From contig JANLFX010000005.1 of NCBI GenBank assembly GCA_024653325.1, forward strand, positions 1-64,000: 64,000 bases of DNA. Direction: 5' to 3'. Of this stretch, positions 40,587 to 50,453 are shown in pieces. Position 1 is the first letter of the stretch; every line of letters starts with the position of its first letter. A program made the translations under genes and the position numbers. The notes under the pieces are model-generated. The model saw nothing but the letters and a program-made list of their open reading frames with translations. It had not been told where the DNA came from and did no database searches. This DNA comes from Anaerolineae bacterium (GTDB taxonomy: Bacteria > Chloroflexota > Anaerolineae > JACIWR01).

Positions 40587-41711
40587 ATGGACCATCGCGA
40601 GCGCGTGCTGGCTGCCGTCAACCATCATGAGCCGGACCGGGTGCCAACGGCCTTGTGGGGCAGCGCCTATGGGCTCACCGATCCCTTGTATTTCGACCTC
40701 CTGAAACACCTGGGTCTGGGTGATCCGGTACCACCGTTCCGGCAGCGGCATGGCCACACGGTGAACTACTACGATGATCGGGTGCTGGATGCCCTCGATA
40801 CCGACGTGCGCCATGTCTGGCTGGGCTTTACCGATCTGGGGGGGCCGCCCCAGGGAGGGGGGCTGGATGCCTGGGGTGTGGGCTGGCAGCAGACTGGCAT
40901 CTACCTGGGACCGACCTCTCATCCGCTGGAAGCGGCGAGCATCGAAGACCTGGAGACCTATCCGTGGCCGGAGGTAGAGTCTCTCGTTCGCCGCGACGAG
41001 CTGCGTCAGCGGGCCAAATATCTGAGAGAAAAAACGGATTACGCCGTAGTCGGACGGGCTGCTGATTCCTATGGCTTGCTGGAGCGCGCTTCCCAGCTAC
41101 GCCGGATGGACAGGTTCATGGTGGACCTGGCCCTGGACGAAGCTTTTGCCACCGCGCTGATCAGCAAAATAGCGGACGTGCTGTACCGATTACTGGAGAT
41201 ATACCTGGACACGGCCGGCCCATACCTGGACATCATGGAACTGCCTGGCGACGACTACGCCGCCCAGAACCCGCTCATCTCTCCACGCATGTTCGATAAG
41301 TTGTTCAAGGAGCAGTGGCGCAGACTGATTCACCTGATTAAAGAAGCCGCGCCTCATTGCCGGGTCCTTTTCCACTCCGACGGGCGCATGGAGCCTTTCC
41401 TGGGATCGTTAACCGACATCGGGGTGGACATCTTTCACTGTTTGGAACCCCTGCCCGGGGTGGACATGGCTCAGATCAAACGCGATTATGGGGATAGGCT
41501 TTGTTTCTGGGGGGCTATAGACATTAAGCAGGCGTTGCAAGGTGACGAGGCGCAAGTGGAGGCGGAGGTGCGAGAGCGCATCAGAGCATTGGCCCCGGGT
41601 GGGGGCTATGTCTTGGCTCCGGCCAATCACCTCCAGCCGGATGTTCCTGCGAAAAACGTCGTCGCTCTTTTCCAGGCTGCTCACAGGTACGGAGTATATC
41701 CGCTCGTGTGA
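40587..41711 (+). CDS. Uroporphyrinogen-decarboxylase (URO-D) family protein, MtaA/MtbA-like methyltransferase fold
   Basis: 'RVLAAVNHHEPDRVPTALWGS' N-terminus and C-terminal 'GYVLAPANHLQPDVP' are typical of URO-D-like methylcobamide methyltransferases. Confidence 0.6.
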   Translation: MDHRERVLAAVNHHEPDRVPTALWGSAYGLTDPLYFDLLKHLGLGDPVPPFRQRHGHTVNYYDDRVLDALDTDVRHVWLGFTDLGGPPQGGGLDAWGVGWQQTGIYLGPTSHPLEAASIEDLETYPWPEVESLVRRDELRQRAKYLREKTDYAVVGRAADSYGLLERASQLRRMDRFMVDLALDEAFATALISKIADVLYRLLEIYLDTAGPYLDIMELPGDDYAAQNPLISPRMFDKLFKEQWRRLIHLIKEAAPHCRVLFHSDGRMEPFLGSLTDIGVDIFHCLEPLPGVDMAQIKRDYGDRLCFWGAIDIKQALQGDEAQVEAEVRERIRALAPGGGYVLAPANHLQPDVPAKNVVALFQAAHRYGVYPLV

Positions 41712-41894
41712 AAGGTTCTAACTGAGGTCTGGCGAATTTAGAGGCGTCCACATCTTGGGATTAGCGACGGGGGAAAGCACAAGATGTGGGAGTTCATAGT
41801 AGCGGCTTCAGCCGCTTTTCACCATCCTGGACGGCTGAAGCCCTCACTACGACAAAAAAACGCCGATGTCCAAGTTCTAATTTAACGAGGAGGT

Positions 41895-43097
41895 TTGAAG
41901 ATGCACAAAATAACCATGTTAGGTACGGGTTTGATCGGCTTGTTTTACACGATGACATTGAACAAACGGCGCGGCGGTGACCGGGTGCACGTCGTGTATT
42001 CGCCGACGGAAAAACACGTCCAAAGTTTTGCCCAGGACTGGGGCATCCCCAAATGGACCACCAACATGGCGGAAGCCATCAACGACCCGGAAACGGATGT
42101 GGTGGTGGTTGGGCTGCCGAATTTCGTGCACAAAGAGGCGGTTATCATGGCCGCCGAAGCAGGTAAAGCCGTGTTGTGTACCAAACCGCTGGGCCGAAAC
42201 GCGGCTGAGGCCAAAGCCATGCTTGACGCAGTGGAAAAGGCGGGGGTTTTTCACGGCTACCTCGAAGACCTGGTCTACACTCCTAAGATGCTGAAATCCC
42301 TGCAGTTCGTCAAAAACGGAGCGCTGGGCAGGATATTATGGGTTCGCTCGCGGGAAACGCATGGCGGTCCGCACGGTGCCTGGTTCTGGGACCCGCAGTT
42401 GGCAGGCGGCGGGGCCATTGTGGACATGGGCTGCCACTGCATCGAAATTGCCCGCAATTTTATAGGCAAAGATAACCGGCCTGTGGAGGTCATGTGCTGG
42501 GCCGATACCCTGGTCCACCCCATTGAAAGCGAGGATCATGGCATTGGCCTGATCAGGTTTGAGAGTGGGGCCGTCGGCCAGTTCGAGGTGAGCTGGGCCT
42601 TCAGAGGTGGGATGGACCTGCGGGACGAAGTCGCGGGCACCGAAGGGACCATCTGGGTTGACCACTTCCTCAGAACCGGATTCGAGGTGTTTACCGCCGC
42701 TGGCCGGAAAGGGTACGTCTCCGAGAAGGCCGAGGGTGAAACTGGCTGGCTCTTCCCCGTGGGCGATGAGGTCCACGAACTGGGGTATCCACACATGTTC
42801 GACGATATGTTGAACGCACTGGATAGCAACCAGGAACCGATGGAGACTTTTTATGATGGCTACGTGGTGAATGCGATCATGGATGCCTGTTATCGCTCGG
42901 CTCAATCGAAACGCTGGGAGCCGGTGGAGCTCGAGGTGTGGCGGGGAAAACCTCAACCGGTCGAGAAGAAGGCTCCCGTGGAGTACGAGGGTCAGTACAT
43001 CGTCATTAAGGAAGAACACATGCCAGACGGCAAGACGAAATTGTTGCTCAAGGACAAGGCGACCAATAGGATCATCGAAAAGGTCGTGTCGAAATAG
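41895..43097 (+). CDS. Gfo/Idh/MocA-family oxidoreductase
   Basis: '[13 protein letters not shown]' and 'TKPLGRN' motifs. Confidence 0.75.
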   Translation: MKMHKITMLGTGLIGLFYTMTLNKRRGGDRVHVVYSPTEKHVQSFAQDWGIPKWTTNMAEAINDPETDVVVVGLPNFVHKEAVIMAAEAGKAVLCTKPLGRNAAEAKAMLDAVEKAGVFHGYLEDLVYTPKMLKSLQFVKNGALGRILWVRSRETHGGPHGAWFWDPQLAGGGAIVDMGCHCIEIARNFIGKDNRPVEVMCWADTLVHPIESEDHGIGLIRFESGAVGQFEVSWAFRGGMDLRDEVAGTEGTIWVDHFLRTGFEVFTAAGRKGYVSEKAEGETGWLFPVGDEVHELGYPHMFDDMLNALDSNQEPMETFYDGYVVNAIMDACYRSAQSKRWEPVELEVWRGKPQPVEKKAPVEYEGQYIVIKEEHMPDGKTKLLLKDKATNRIIEKVVSK

Positions 43098-43110
43098 CTG
43101 AACAACGTTT

Positions 43111-43162
43111 GTTTGTCTATCGGATAGCCGACGGCACTGCCGTCGGCTATCCGTTTGTCTAT
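43111..43162. repeat. REP family C palindrome (ggatagccgacggcactgccgtcggctatcc) flanked by perfect 10-bp direct repeat gtttgtctat
   Basis: A 31-bp perfect palindrome sits between two identical 10-mers, which looks like a target-site duplication. Confidence 0.55.
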
Positions 43163-43236
43163 GGTTGGGGATGTGCTATAATACACACCGTGCTCGCCCG
43201 ACGTATACGGGTCCCATTTCATCGCTGGAGGTCTAC

Positions 43237-44631
43237 ATGATTGCACCGTCTCATCGGTTATCGTCATCCAGGCACACGACCAGGATGTGGTTATTTGTCC
43301 TGCTAATTCTCCTTGTTATCGTCAGTGGATGCACACAGGCTGCCACACCCTCTCCTGCGCCTGCTGCCACCGCCTGCCCAACGGATACTTTCACGCCAGT
43401 TCCTTCGCCTACGGCCACACCTTCACCAACTCATACCGCGACACCACGGCCCACTGTCACTCCTACCCTGACGCTTGCCCTGAGCAAGGTCGAAGGGCCA
43501 ACGCCAGTCCTCTCACCGACCTCGACACCCACTGCCACTGCCGGATCCACGGCCAGTGTGGCCCAGTCAAGTGCTACTGCGGATGGGACCGCTTCATCCA
43601 CTTCACCGCCCGGATCGGAACTCACCGGCGGGGGACTGGGCGGCCTGACCCCACCAACCGCGGCTGGCACTTATGGGCAGGTGCCCCTGGTGGCTATGGG
43701 GTCCGATGTTTGCCCGCTCACTGGGCTTAAGGTGGATCAGGCCAGGTTGGAACGTCGCCCGCTGGCGGTGAAAATCTCCAACGCGCCGGCCGTTGTCCGT
43801 CCCCAGGCTGGATTGAGCTTCGCTGATGTGGTCTTCGAGCACTATGCCGAAGGTAACCTGACCCGGTTCACCGCCGTTTTCCTGAGCAAAGACTGCGATA
43901 AAATTGGCTCCATCCGCAGTGCGCGGCTGATTGACCTGGAGATCCCGGCCATGTTCAAGTCCATGTTCGCCTATTCCGGGTCCAGCACCGGGGTGAAGGA
44001 AGAAATCCGCAACTCTGATTTCTTCGACCGGGTGATCTCGCCGGACTTCGGCCACGACAGTGCCTTCAAGCGCATTCCGGCCCCCGGCAAAGCTTTTGAG
44101 CACACCCTGTTCAGCGACACGGCCGCGTTATGGAAAGTGACGGACGAGCGCGGTTTGAACGGGCGGCAGGACCTTTCCGGGTGGACCTTCTCCGCCGAAC
44201 CCCCGGCAGGTGGCACGCCGGTTACCCAACTGCAAATCGTGTACTCCTCAGGATATGCGGACGCTGAATATTCTTATGATGCCAGTGCCGGCGGCTATCG
44301 CCGGGCGGTGCTGGGTGTACCCCATCGGGACGAACTCACCGGGCAGCAGCTCGTGGCCAACAACGTCATCGTCGTATACGCCCCTCACGTCGAATCTGCC
44401 ATATTGGAAGATACCCATTACGGCGGTCACTACTCCATCCAGATTCAAATCTGGGGTGAAGGTCTGGCACGTATCTTCCGTGACGGGCAGATGTACGATG
44501 TGCGTTGGTTGCGCCCTGGTCGCCACGACCTCATCCGCTTTGTGGATGCTTTCGGGCAGGCTTTTCCTTTCAAACCGGGCAACGTCTGGATTCAGGTCGT
44601 GCCGTTGGGGTTCAACATCGCCGTGAAGTGA
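43237..44631 (+). CDS. DUF3048-like secreted lipoprotein (YerB-like) with Pro/Thr linker
   Basis: Lipobox 'IVSGC' and a long PT/ST linker. Core 'VKISNAPAVVRPQAGLSFADVVFEHYAEGNLTRFTAVF' resembles DUF3048. Confidence 0.45.
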   Translation: MIAPSHRLSSSRHTTRMWLFVLLILLVIVSGCTQAATPSPAPAATACPTDTFTPVPSPTATPSPTHTATPRPTVTPTLTLALSKVEGPTPVLSPTSTPTATAGSTASVAQSSATADGTASSTSPPGSELTGGGLGGLTPPTAAGTYGQVPLVAMGSDVCPLTGLKVDQARLERRPLAVKISNAPAVVRPQAGLSFADVVFEHYAEGNLTRFTAVFLSKDCDKIGSIRSARLIDLEIPAMFKSMFAYSGSSTGVKEEIRNSDFFDRVISPDFGHDSAFKRIPAPGKAFEHTLFSDTAALWKVTDERGLNGRQDLSGWTFSAEPPAGGTPVTQLQIVYSSGYADAEYSYDASAGGYRRAVLGVPHRDELTGQQLVANNVIVVYAPHVESAILEDTHYGGHYSIQIQIWGEGLARIFRDGQMYDVRWLRPGRHDLIRFVDAFGQAFPFKPGNVWIQVVPLGFNIAVK

Positions 44632-44684
44632 AGTAGCGGCGGGGCTTGCCCCCGCTGAAACGTCGCCCGCCAGGCAACGCTACG

Positions 44685-44725
44685 CATCAGGTGACAGCCA
44701 CCTCGGAGGTGACTGTCACCTGATG
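44685..44725. repeat. REP-like palindrome family A copy (catcaggtgacagccacctcggaggtgactgtcacctgatg)
   Basis: 41-bp near-perfect palindrome downstream of the DUF3048 gene. Additional GC hairpins flank it at 44644-44662 and 44733-44755. Confidence 0.5.
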
Positions 44726-44910
44726 CGAAGGACCGCACCGCTGTGAACAGGCGGTGCTGGGTGACTTTCTGCAGTGGAAAACCTGAGCAGCCCCGGCTCT
44801 ATAGACCTCCGAGGTTTCCAAAAACCTCGAGGTCTGCGCTGGACGTGAACCTTTTTCGCCTTCTGCGAGTGCATATTGTAAACCCTCCATTTTGACCCGA
44901 AGGAGCTGTC

Positions 44911-45849
44911 ATGATACAGGAAACCGTCGCCCGTGTGACCGAGAACGTGAAACGAGTAATCGTCGGTAAGGACGAAGTGATCGAATTGGCGATGATCGCC
45001 TTACTCTGCGAGGGGCACGTGCTCATCGAGGATGTACCTGGTATTGGCAAGACCACCCTGGCCAAAGCTTTGGCTCGCTCGCTGGATTGCACTTTCCAGC
45101 GCATCCAGTTTACTCCCGACCTGCTGCCGTCGGACGTGACTGGCATTTACTTTTTCAATCAGAAAGCTCAGGAATTTCAGTTCAGGCCTGGCCCGGTGAT
45201 GAGCCAGATATTGCTGGCTGATGAGATCAACCGGGCTACACCCCGCACCCAAAGTGCCCTGCTGGAAGCCATGCAGGAGCGGCAGATAACCGTAGATGGC
45301 GAGACCAAGCCTTTGCCCCGTCCTTTCCTGGTCCTCGCTACCCAGAATCCCATCGAACTGGAGGGCACTTTCCCGCTGCCGGAGGCGCAGGTGGACCGGT
45401 TTCTGCTCAAGATCAAGATCGGGTATCCTACCGAAGAGGAGGAGAATCGCATCCTGTTGCGCTTTGAACAGGAAGATCCCCTGGCGGATTTGCAGCCGGT
45501 AGCGACTGCCAGGGAGTTACTGGATTTGCAGGCCGAGGTGCGCCGCGTCCACGTGGAACGATCGGTACGTGAGTATCTGGTGCGCGTGGTGCGCGCCACC
45601 CGCGAACACCCCTCGGTGGACCTGGGGGTCAGTCCGCGAGGCACTTTGTCCCTATACAAAACCGCCCAGGCCCTGGCCGCTATCCGTGGCCGCGACTACG
45701 TCATCCCGGACGACATCAAAGAACTGGCTCCTTACGTGCTGACCCACCGCATCCTTATCAGCCCCCAGACCCGCCTGCGGGGCCGCACTCCGGAGGAAGT
45801 GGTCATGGAAGTGATTAACGAAGTACCGGTGCCGGTGGAGAAACTGTAG
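44911..45849 (+). CDS. MoxR-family AAA+ ATPase
   Basis: '[21 protein letters not shown]' Walker A, '[23 protein letters not shown]' Walker B/sensor, and length ~312 aa. Confidence 0.85.
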   Translation: MIQETVARVTENVKRVIVGKDEVIELAMIALLCEGHVLIEDVPGIGKTTLAKALARSLDCTFQRIQFTPDLLPSDVTGIYFFNQKAQEFQFRPGPVMSQILLADEINRATPRTQSALLEAMQERQITVDGETKPLPRPFLVLATQNPIELEGTFPLPEAQVDRFLLKIKIGYPTEEEENRILLRFEQEDPLADLQPVATARELLDLQAEVRRVHVERSVREYLVRVVRATREHPSVDLGVSPRGTLSLYKTAQALAAIRGRDYVIPDDIKELAPYVLTHRILISPQTRLRGRTPEEVVMEVINEVPVPVEKL

Positions 45850-45852
45850 CGG

Positions 45853-47238
45853 ATGATCTCGGAAAAGGATTTTCTCAGCCGCAAAGAGGCTCTGCGCCGC
45901 CCCAGGGAGTACGAACCCCTCACCGATCAGCGGCGTGAGGGGCGCCGGACGTTGGGCATGTTCAACGATACCTGGATAGCCCTGACCCTGTTCATCATCG
46001 TCCTGGGGTTGGTGGCTCACCAGGAAGGGCTGCTGGTGATCGCCGCGCTCTTGCTCACCGTGCTGCCGGTCGCTTGGTTGTGGAACCGCTATGCCCTCAG
46101 CGGGGTGCAGTATGAACGAACCCTTAGCGAGAAGCGGGCTTTCATCGGTGAGACGGTAGAGCTTACCGTGCGCATTGCCAACCGTAAACTCTTGCCTCTC
46201 AGTTGGCTGCAGGTGGAGGATGATTTTCCCACCGCCATTCCCCTGGAGAAAGACGAGCTAGAACCTTCTTCCCAACCGGAGCGAGGCTATCTGTGCAATC
46301 TGCTGGCCATGCGCTGGTATGAGCGGGTGAGCCGGCGTTATCTCCTGCGCTGTGAACAGCGTGGCTACTTTCAGCTAGGGCCTGCCCACCTGCAATCGGG
46401 TGACATTTTCGGCCTGTTCTCCACCAAAGCTACTGCTCCTCACCTGGATTGGCTGATCATCTATCCCCGCGTATTGCCCATCGAAGGGCTGGAATTGCCC
46501 CCCAAGGACCCCTTCGGGGAGGTTAAGGCTCAGCAGCGCATGTTCGAGGACCCCAGTCGCACCATCGGTGTACGCGATTATCAGCCACAAGATAGCTTCC
46601 GCCACATTCACTGGAAGGCTACCGCCCGCCGGCAGGCGTTGCAGTCCAAAGTCTACGAGCCCAGTGCTTCCCACAACCTGGTGATTTTCCTCAACGTGGC
46701 CATGTTCGCCAAACACTGGGAAGGCACGCGCCCGGCCCTGCTGGAGCGCACGATCAGCACCGCTGCTTCCATCGCCAGCTATGGAATCGAGCACCGCTAC
46801 ACCGTGGGCCTGGTAGCCAACGGCAGCCTGCCCCGCTCTGACCAGCCGATCAAAGTATTGCCCAGCCGCAATCCCCGCCAATTAACCCGCATCCTGGAGA
46901 TGCTGGCCGCCGTGCACCCTCTGGCCCCCGTTTCTTTCGAACGCCTGCTCACTGCCGAGAGCCCTAAATTGCCCTGGGGAGCTACGTTGGTTATAGTTAC
47001 AGCAGTGACAACTGAAACGCTGATGATCACCCTGCTGCGGCTGCGTGAGGCTGGCCGCCGTTTGGTCCTCATCTCCCTGGCCGATGATCCGCCTGCGCAG
47101 GTACTGGAGGGTATTGTGAGCTACCACCTGCCTCCGCCACCTCGCCGACGAGGGCCCATCGCTCCCACCGAGGAGACCTTGAGGTTTCGACTTTGCGAGG
47201 CCCAGGCTGACGAAAAAATACGCGAGGAAAATCGCTAG
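45853..47238 (+). CDS. DUF58-domain protein (MoxR-associated, vWA-like)
   Basis: 'VRDYQPQDSFRHIHWKATAR' is the DUF58 hallmark. Two N-terminal TM helices. Confidence 0.7.
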   Translation: MISEKDFLSRKEALRRPREYEPLTDQRREGRRTLGMFNDTWIALTLFIIVLGLVAHQEGLLVIAALLLTVLPVAWLWNRYALSGVQYERTLSEKRAFIGETVELTVRIANRKLLPLSWLQVEDDFPTAIPLEKDELEPSSQPERGYLCNLLAMRWYERVSRRYLLRCEQRGYFQLGPAHLQSGDIFGLFSTKATAPHLDWLIIYPRVLPIEGLELPPKDPFGEVKAQQRMFEDPSRTIGVRDYQPQDSFRHIHWKATARRQALQSKVYEPSASHNLVIFLNVAMFAKHWEGTRPALLERTISTAASIASYGIEHRYTVGLVANGSLPRSDQPIKVLPSRNPRQLTRILEMLAAVHPLAPVSFERLLTAESPKLPWGATLVIVTAVTTETLMITLLRLREAGRRLVLISLADDPPAQVLEGIVSYHLPPPPRRRGPIAPTEETLRFRLCEAQADEKIREENR

Positions 47239-47239
47239 G

Positions 47240-48691
47240 ATGAACGAGCACGGTCTGCTCTCGCGCCTGGATTGGCGCCGTGAATTCCTGCAACTTATGG
47301 TCCTGGCTATGGAGGTCTGTTGGTTATACCCCTGGGTCGCCCTGCTGGATCAATGGCTGACCGGCCAGGCGCGGTTTACCTCCCCGTTTGAGCTGTTTGT
47401 TCTGTTGGTGGGATTACTGTGGGCCAGCCGGCTATTGCAACAACTGCCCGTCGGGCTGGGTGTGCAGCAGACTCTCCTGATCCCCATCGTCCTGCTCAGT
47501 GCGCTGGTGCTTATCAAAGTTCATCTGTATCCCGGGTATCCCTGGTTCGACGTCGGTTGGCTCGCCGCTATCGGTCAAAGCCTGTCTCGCATGTCCAGCG
47601 AGATACCCGCTGAGGTGGAGGCCATTGTCGTGGTCGGGTATTGCTGGTGGCGAGCGCTGAATTTGAGCCAGAAAACTTTGGACGCGGGCACGGTCGGCTT
47701 TTACTTTCGGGTCGGCGTGGCGGGGCTGGTGTGGTATCTGCTGCTCACCATTTTCGGGCCGACCGCCGATGTAACCCGCCTGGCGTTCGCTTTCTTTTTC
47801 TTCGGACTGATAGCCATGGCCCTGGCGCGCGCCCTGGAAGTGGATATTGTCCATGAGGGCAGGCGTTCGCCTTTCAGCGGCCCCTGGCTGAGCATCGTCC
47901 TGGGGGCGGTGGTGGGCACGCTGGTTATCGCCGCGTTGATGGCCGTTATCCTTTCCCGCCAGACGGCAACGGCCATCGGGATCTGGCTGCGCCCGATCAC
48001 CGACGCCCTGGGTACGGTGCTTTACTACCTCTTCATGGTCATCGCCTACCTCTTGCAACCGCTGATCAATGCCTTGACTTCCATCTTCAGCGCGGCGCTG
48101 CGCGAGATGTTCGGATCGGAAGAGCCGATCATTCAGCCCGCTCAGCCGCCAAACCTGGCAGATTTGCAGAAGGCTGAATCCCCCTGGTGGCTGGGTTTGT
48201 GCAATTGGGCGGCGTTGGTTTTTCTGTTGGCCATTGGCCTGCTCATCGTTGTCACCACGTTACGCCGCTGGCAGGAGAAACGCCAGGCCGCGGGCGACTT
48301 AACCCGCGAGTCTGTCTGGTCTGCTGAGGAGTTTGGGGAGGGATTGCGGGCCGCGTGGCGCCAGGGCTGGGGTAAAGTTGGTGACCTGGCCGGTCTGGTG
48401 CGAATCTATGGGGTGGGGCGCAAGCTGTACTCAGCCATTTCCGTGCGCAAAATCTATGCCAGCCTGGTAGACCTGGCCACAGAAAAAGGGTTTCCGCGCC
48501 CGCAGGCGGCAACGCCATACGAATATCTGCCCACCTTACGCCGCGCTTTTCCCCAGCACGGACAGGAGGTTGGCTCCATCACCGAAGCCTATGTCCAGGT
48601 GCATTATGGGGAGGTGCCGACCAGCGAGGGGGCTCTGGTCTATCTCCAGGGTTGCTGGGAGCGGATACAAAACACAAGTGGGGCAGGTTAG
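47240..48691 (+). CDS. Polytopic membrane protein with C-terminal DUF4129-like domain (MoxR/DUF58 partner)
   Basis: About 9 TM helices. C-terminal 'TPYEYLPTLRRAFPQHGQEVGSITEAYVQVHYG' resembles DUF4129. Confidence 0.5.
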   Translation: MNEHGLLSRLDWRREFLQLMVLAMEVCWLYPWVALLDQWLTGQARFTSPFELFVLLVGLLWASRLLQQLPVGLGVQQTLLIPIVLLSALVLIKVHLYPGYPWFDVGWLAAIGQSLSRMSSEIPAEVEAIVVVGYCWWRALNLSQKTLDAGTVGFYFRVGVAGLVWYLLLTIFGPTADVTRLAFAFFFFGLIAMALARALEVDIVHEGRRSPFSGPWLSIVLGAVVGTLVIAALMAVILSRQTATAIGIWLRPITDALGTVLYYLFMVIAYLLQPLINALTSIFSAALREMFGSEEPIIQPAQPPNLADLQKAESPWWLGLCNWAALVFLLAIGLLIVVTTLRRWQEKRQAAGDLTRESVWSAEEFGEGLRAAWRQGWGKVGDLAGLVRIYGVGRKLYSAISVRKIYASLVDLATEKGFPRPQAATPYEYLPTLRRAFPQHGQEVGSITEAYVQVHYGEVPTSEGALVYLQGCWERIQNTSGAG

Positions 48692-48755
48692 AAACCTGCC
48701 CCACGCTGCCCTACAGCATCCCATCTTGTAGGACGAGCTTAGGCCTGTCCTACAT

Positions 48756-50453
48756 TTACGCCAGATAATCGCGCAGTTTACGGCTGCGCAGGGGATGGCG
48801 CAACTTGCGCAGGGCCTTGGCCTCGATTTGGCGGATGCGCTCGCGGGTGACCCCCATTTCCTGTCCCACTTCCTCCAGAGTGTGGAACTGACCATCCACC
48901 AGACCATAGCGCATTTCCAGCACCTTTCGCTCCCGCATGCTAAGCTGGCCCAGAACACTTTGAATTTGCTCCCGCAAGAGCTGCTGAGAGGCGGCGTCCA
49001 CCGGCCCCGGCATAGACTCATCCTCGATGAAATCCCCCAGCAGGCTATCCTCTTCCGTACCCACCGGTGTTTCCAGGGACACAGGTTCCTGGGCGATGCG
49101 GATGATGCGCCGGACCTTGGCTGCCGCCCGGCGCAAACGTCGTTTGAGCAAGGGGTTTAGGGGCTGGCCCGTGGCCATGGCCATTTCCACGGCTATTTCG
49201 TCCTCCTCGGAAAGCATGCCCATCTCCAGGGCAATCTCTTCTGCCGATGGTTCGTGTCCCAGCTCCTGTACCAGGCGGCGTTGCACGCGAGCCAGCCGGT
49301 TGATAGTTTCCACCATGTGTACCGGGATGCGGATAGTGCGCGATTGATCGGCAATAGCCCGGCTGATGGCCTGGCGAATCCACCACGTGGCGTAGGTTGA
49401 GAACTTGTAGCCTTTGGTGTAATCGAACTTCTCCACCGCTCGCAGCAGCCCAATGTTGCCCTCTTGAATCAGGTCTAAAAAGGAAATGCCTCGCCCCATA
49501 TAACGCTTGGCCACGCTGACCACTAACCGTAAGTTGGCCCGGATCAGGTCTTGCTTGGCCTTCTCAGCGCTCGATGAGACCTGTTCTAATTTGGCGGTGA
49601 TCTCCTCTTCGATCACCATGTTTTTCAAGAAAGCATTAGGCGGGGGAAGTTTTTGTGTTCTATTATGGTAATCCAATAAATGGCGCAGGGAGGAATCTGG
49701 CATCAGATAGAGGTTCATGTAGGCGCCAAACAATTGAGTGGTCAGACGGCGGGTTTCTTCGTCGTCATCTCCATCTCCTCCAGCTTGAGTGTCCAGCAGC
49801 AGGAGGCGCAGGTAAGAGCGCTGGGAATTGACAAGCCCGCTGGAAAGGTGCAGGGAATCCTTGATCATAGCCGATAGATCAAGAGAATCCGAAAACCTTT
49901 TTCGGAACAGGGGCTTCAGGTTCTCCCAGTGTTGGGTAAACAACTTGAACACTTCTCCCATGGTTTCTCTGCCGGTGGGAGGACGCTTCAACTTTTGACT
50001 CAGTCTGGCTTGCAAATCTTTGATGTATTCCTGGGCGGTAACTTTCATTGCCAGCCACATTTCTTCTTCCGGTTCTAACAGGGGCACCCGGCCAATTTCT
50101 CGCAAGTACATGCGTACCGGGTCATTGGCCAATTCTGCACCGCCCAGGTCTGTAATTTCGCCCAGGTGCTCGTCTTCGAGCTCTATCTCTTCTAGTTCCT
50201 GCAAAGGAGGTGCACCTTCACCTTCCTCCTCGTCACCGGCGAGGTCTTCTGGTTCCTCCCTGTCTATTACCTCGATGTTTAATTCCTCCAGACGTTGATA
50301 GAAGGCGTCTAAGGTCTCCTCATCGGCGTCGGGAAAGGCGGCCAGGATGTCCTCCTGGTAGAGGAATCTTTGCTCTAAGCCTTTCGCCAGCAGCGTAGCC
50401 TGTTCTGGGTTGTGGTCCGGCAATCCGGCCATGGCTGTTCCTCCACCTGCCAT
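48756..50453 (-). CDS. rpoD: RNA polymerase sigma factor RpoD (sigma-70, primary)
   Basis: Region 2.4 '[39 protein letters not shown]', region 4.2 '[20 protein letters not shown]', acidic N-terminus. Confidence 0.9.
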   Translation of the reverse strand: MAGGGTAMAGLPDHNPEQATLLAKGLEQRFLYQEDILAAFPDADEETLDAFYQRLEELNIEVIDREEPEDLAGDEEEGEGAPPLQELEEIELEDEHLGEITDLGGAELANDPVRMYLREIGRVPLLEPEEEMWLAMKVTAQEYIKDLQARLSQKLKRPPTGRETMGEVFKLFTQHWENLKPLFRKRFSDSLDLSAMIKDSLHLSSGLVNSQRSYLRLLLLDTQAGGDGDDDEETRRLTTQLFGAYMNLYLMPDSSLRHLLDYHNRTQKLPPPNAFLKNMVIEEEITAKLEQVSSSAEKAKQDLIRANLRLVVSVAKRYMGRGISFLDLIQEGNIGLLRAVEKFDYTKGYKFSTYATWWIRQAISRAIADQSRTIRIPVHMVETINRLARVQRRLVQELGHEPSAEEIALEMGMLSEEDEIAVEMAMATGQPLNPLLKRRLRRAAAKVRRIIRIAQEPVSLETPVGTEEDSLLGDFIEDESMPGPVDAASQQLLREQIQSVLGQLSMRERKVLEMRYGLVDGQFHTLEEVGQEMGVTRERIRQIEAKALRKLRHPLRSRKLRDYLA

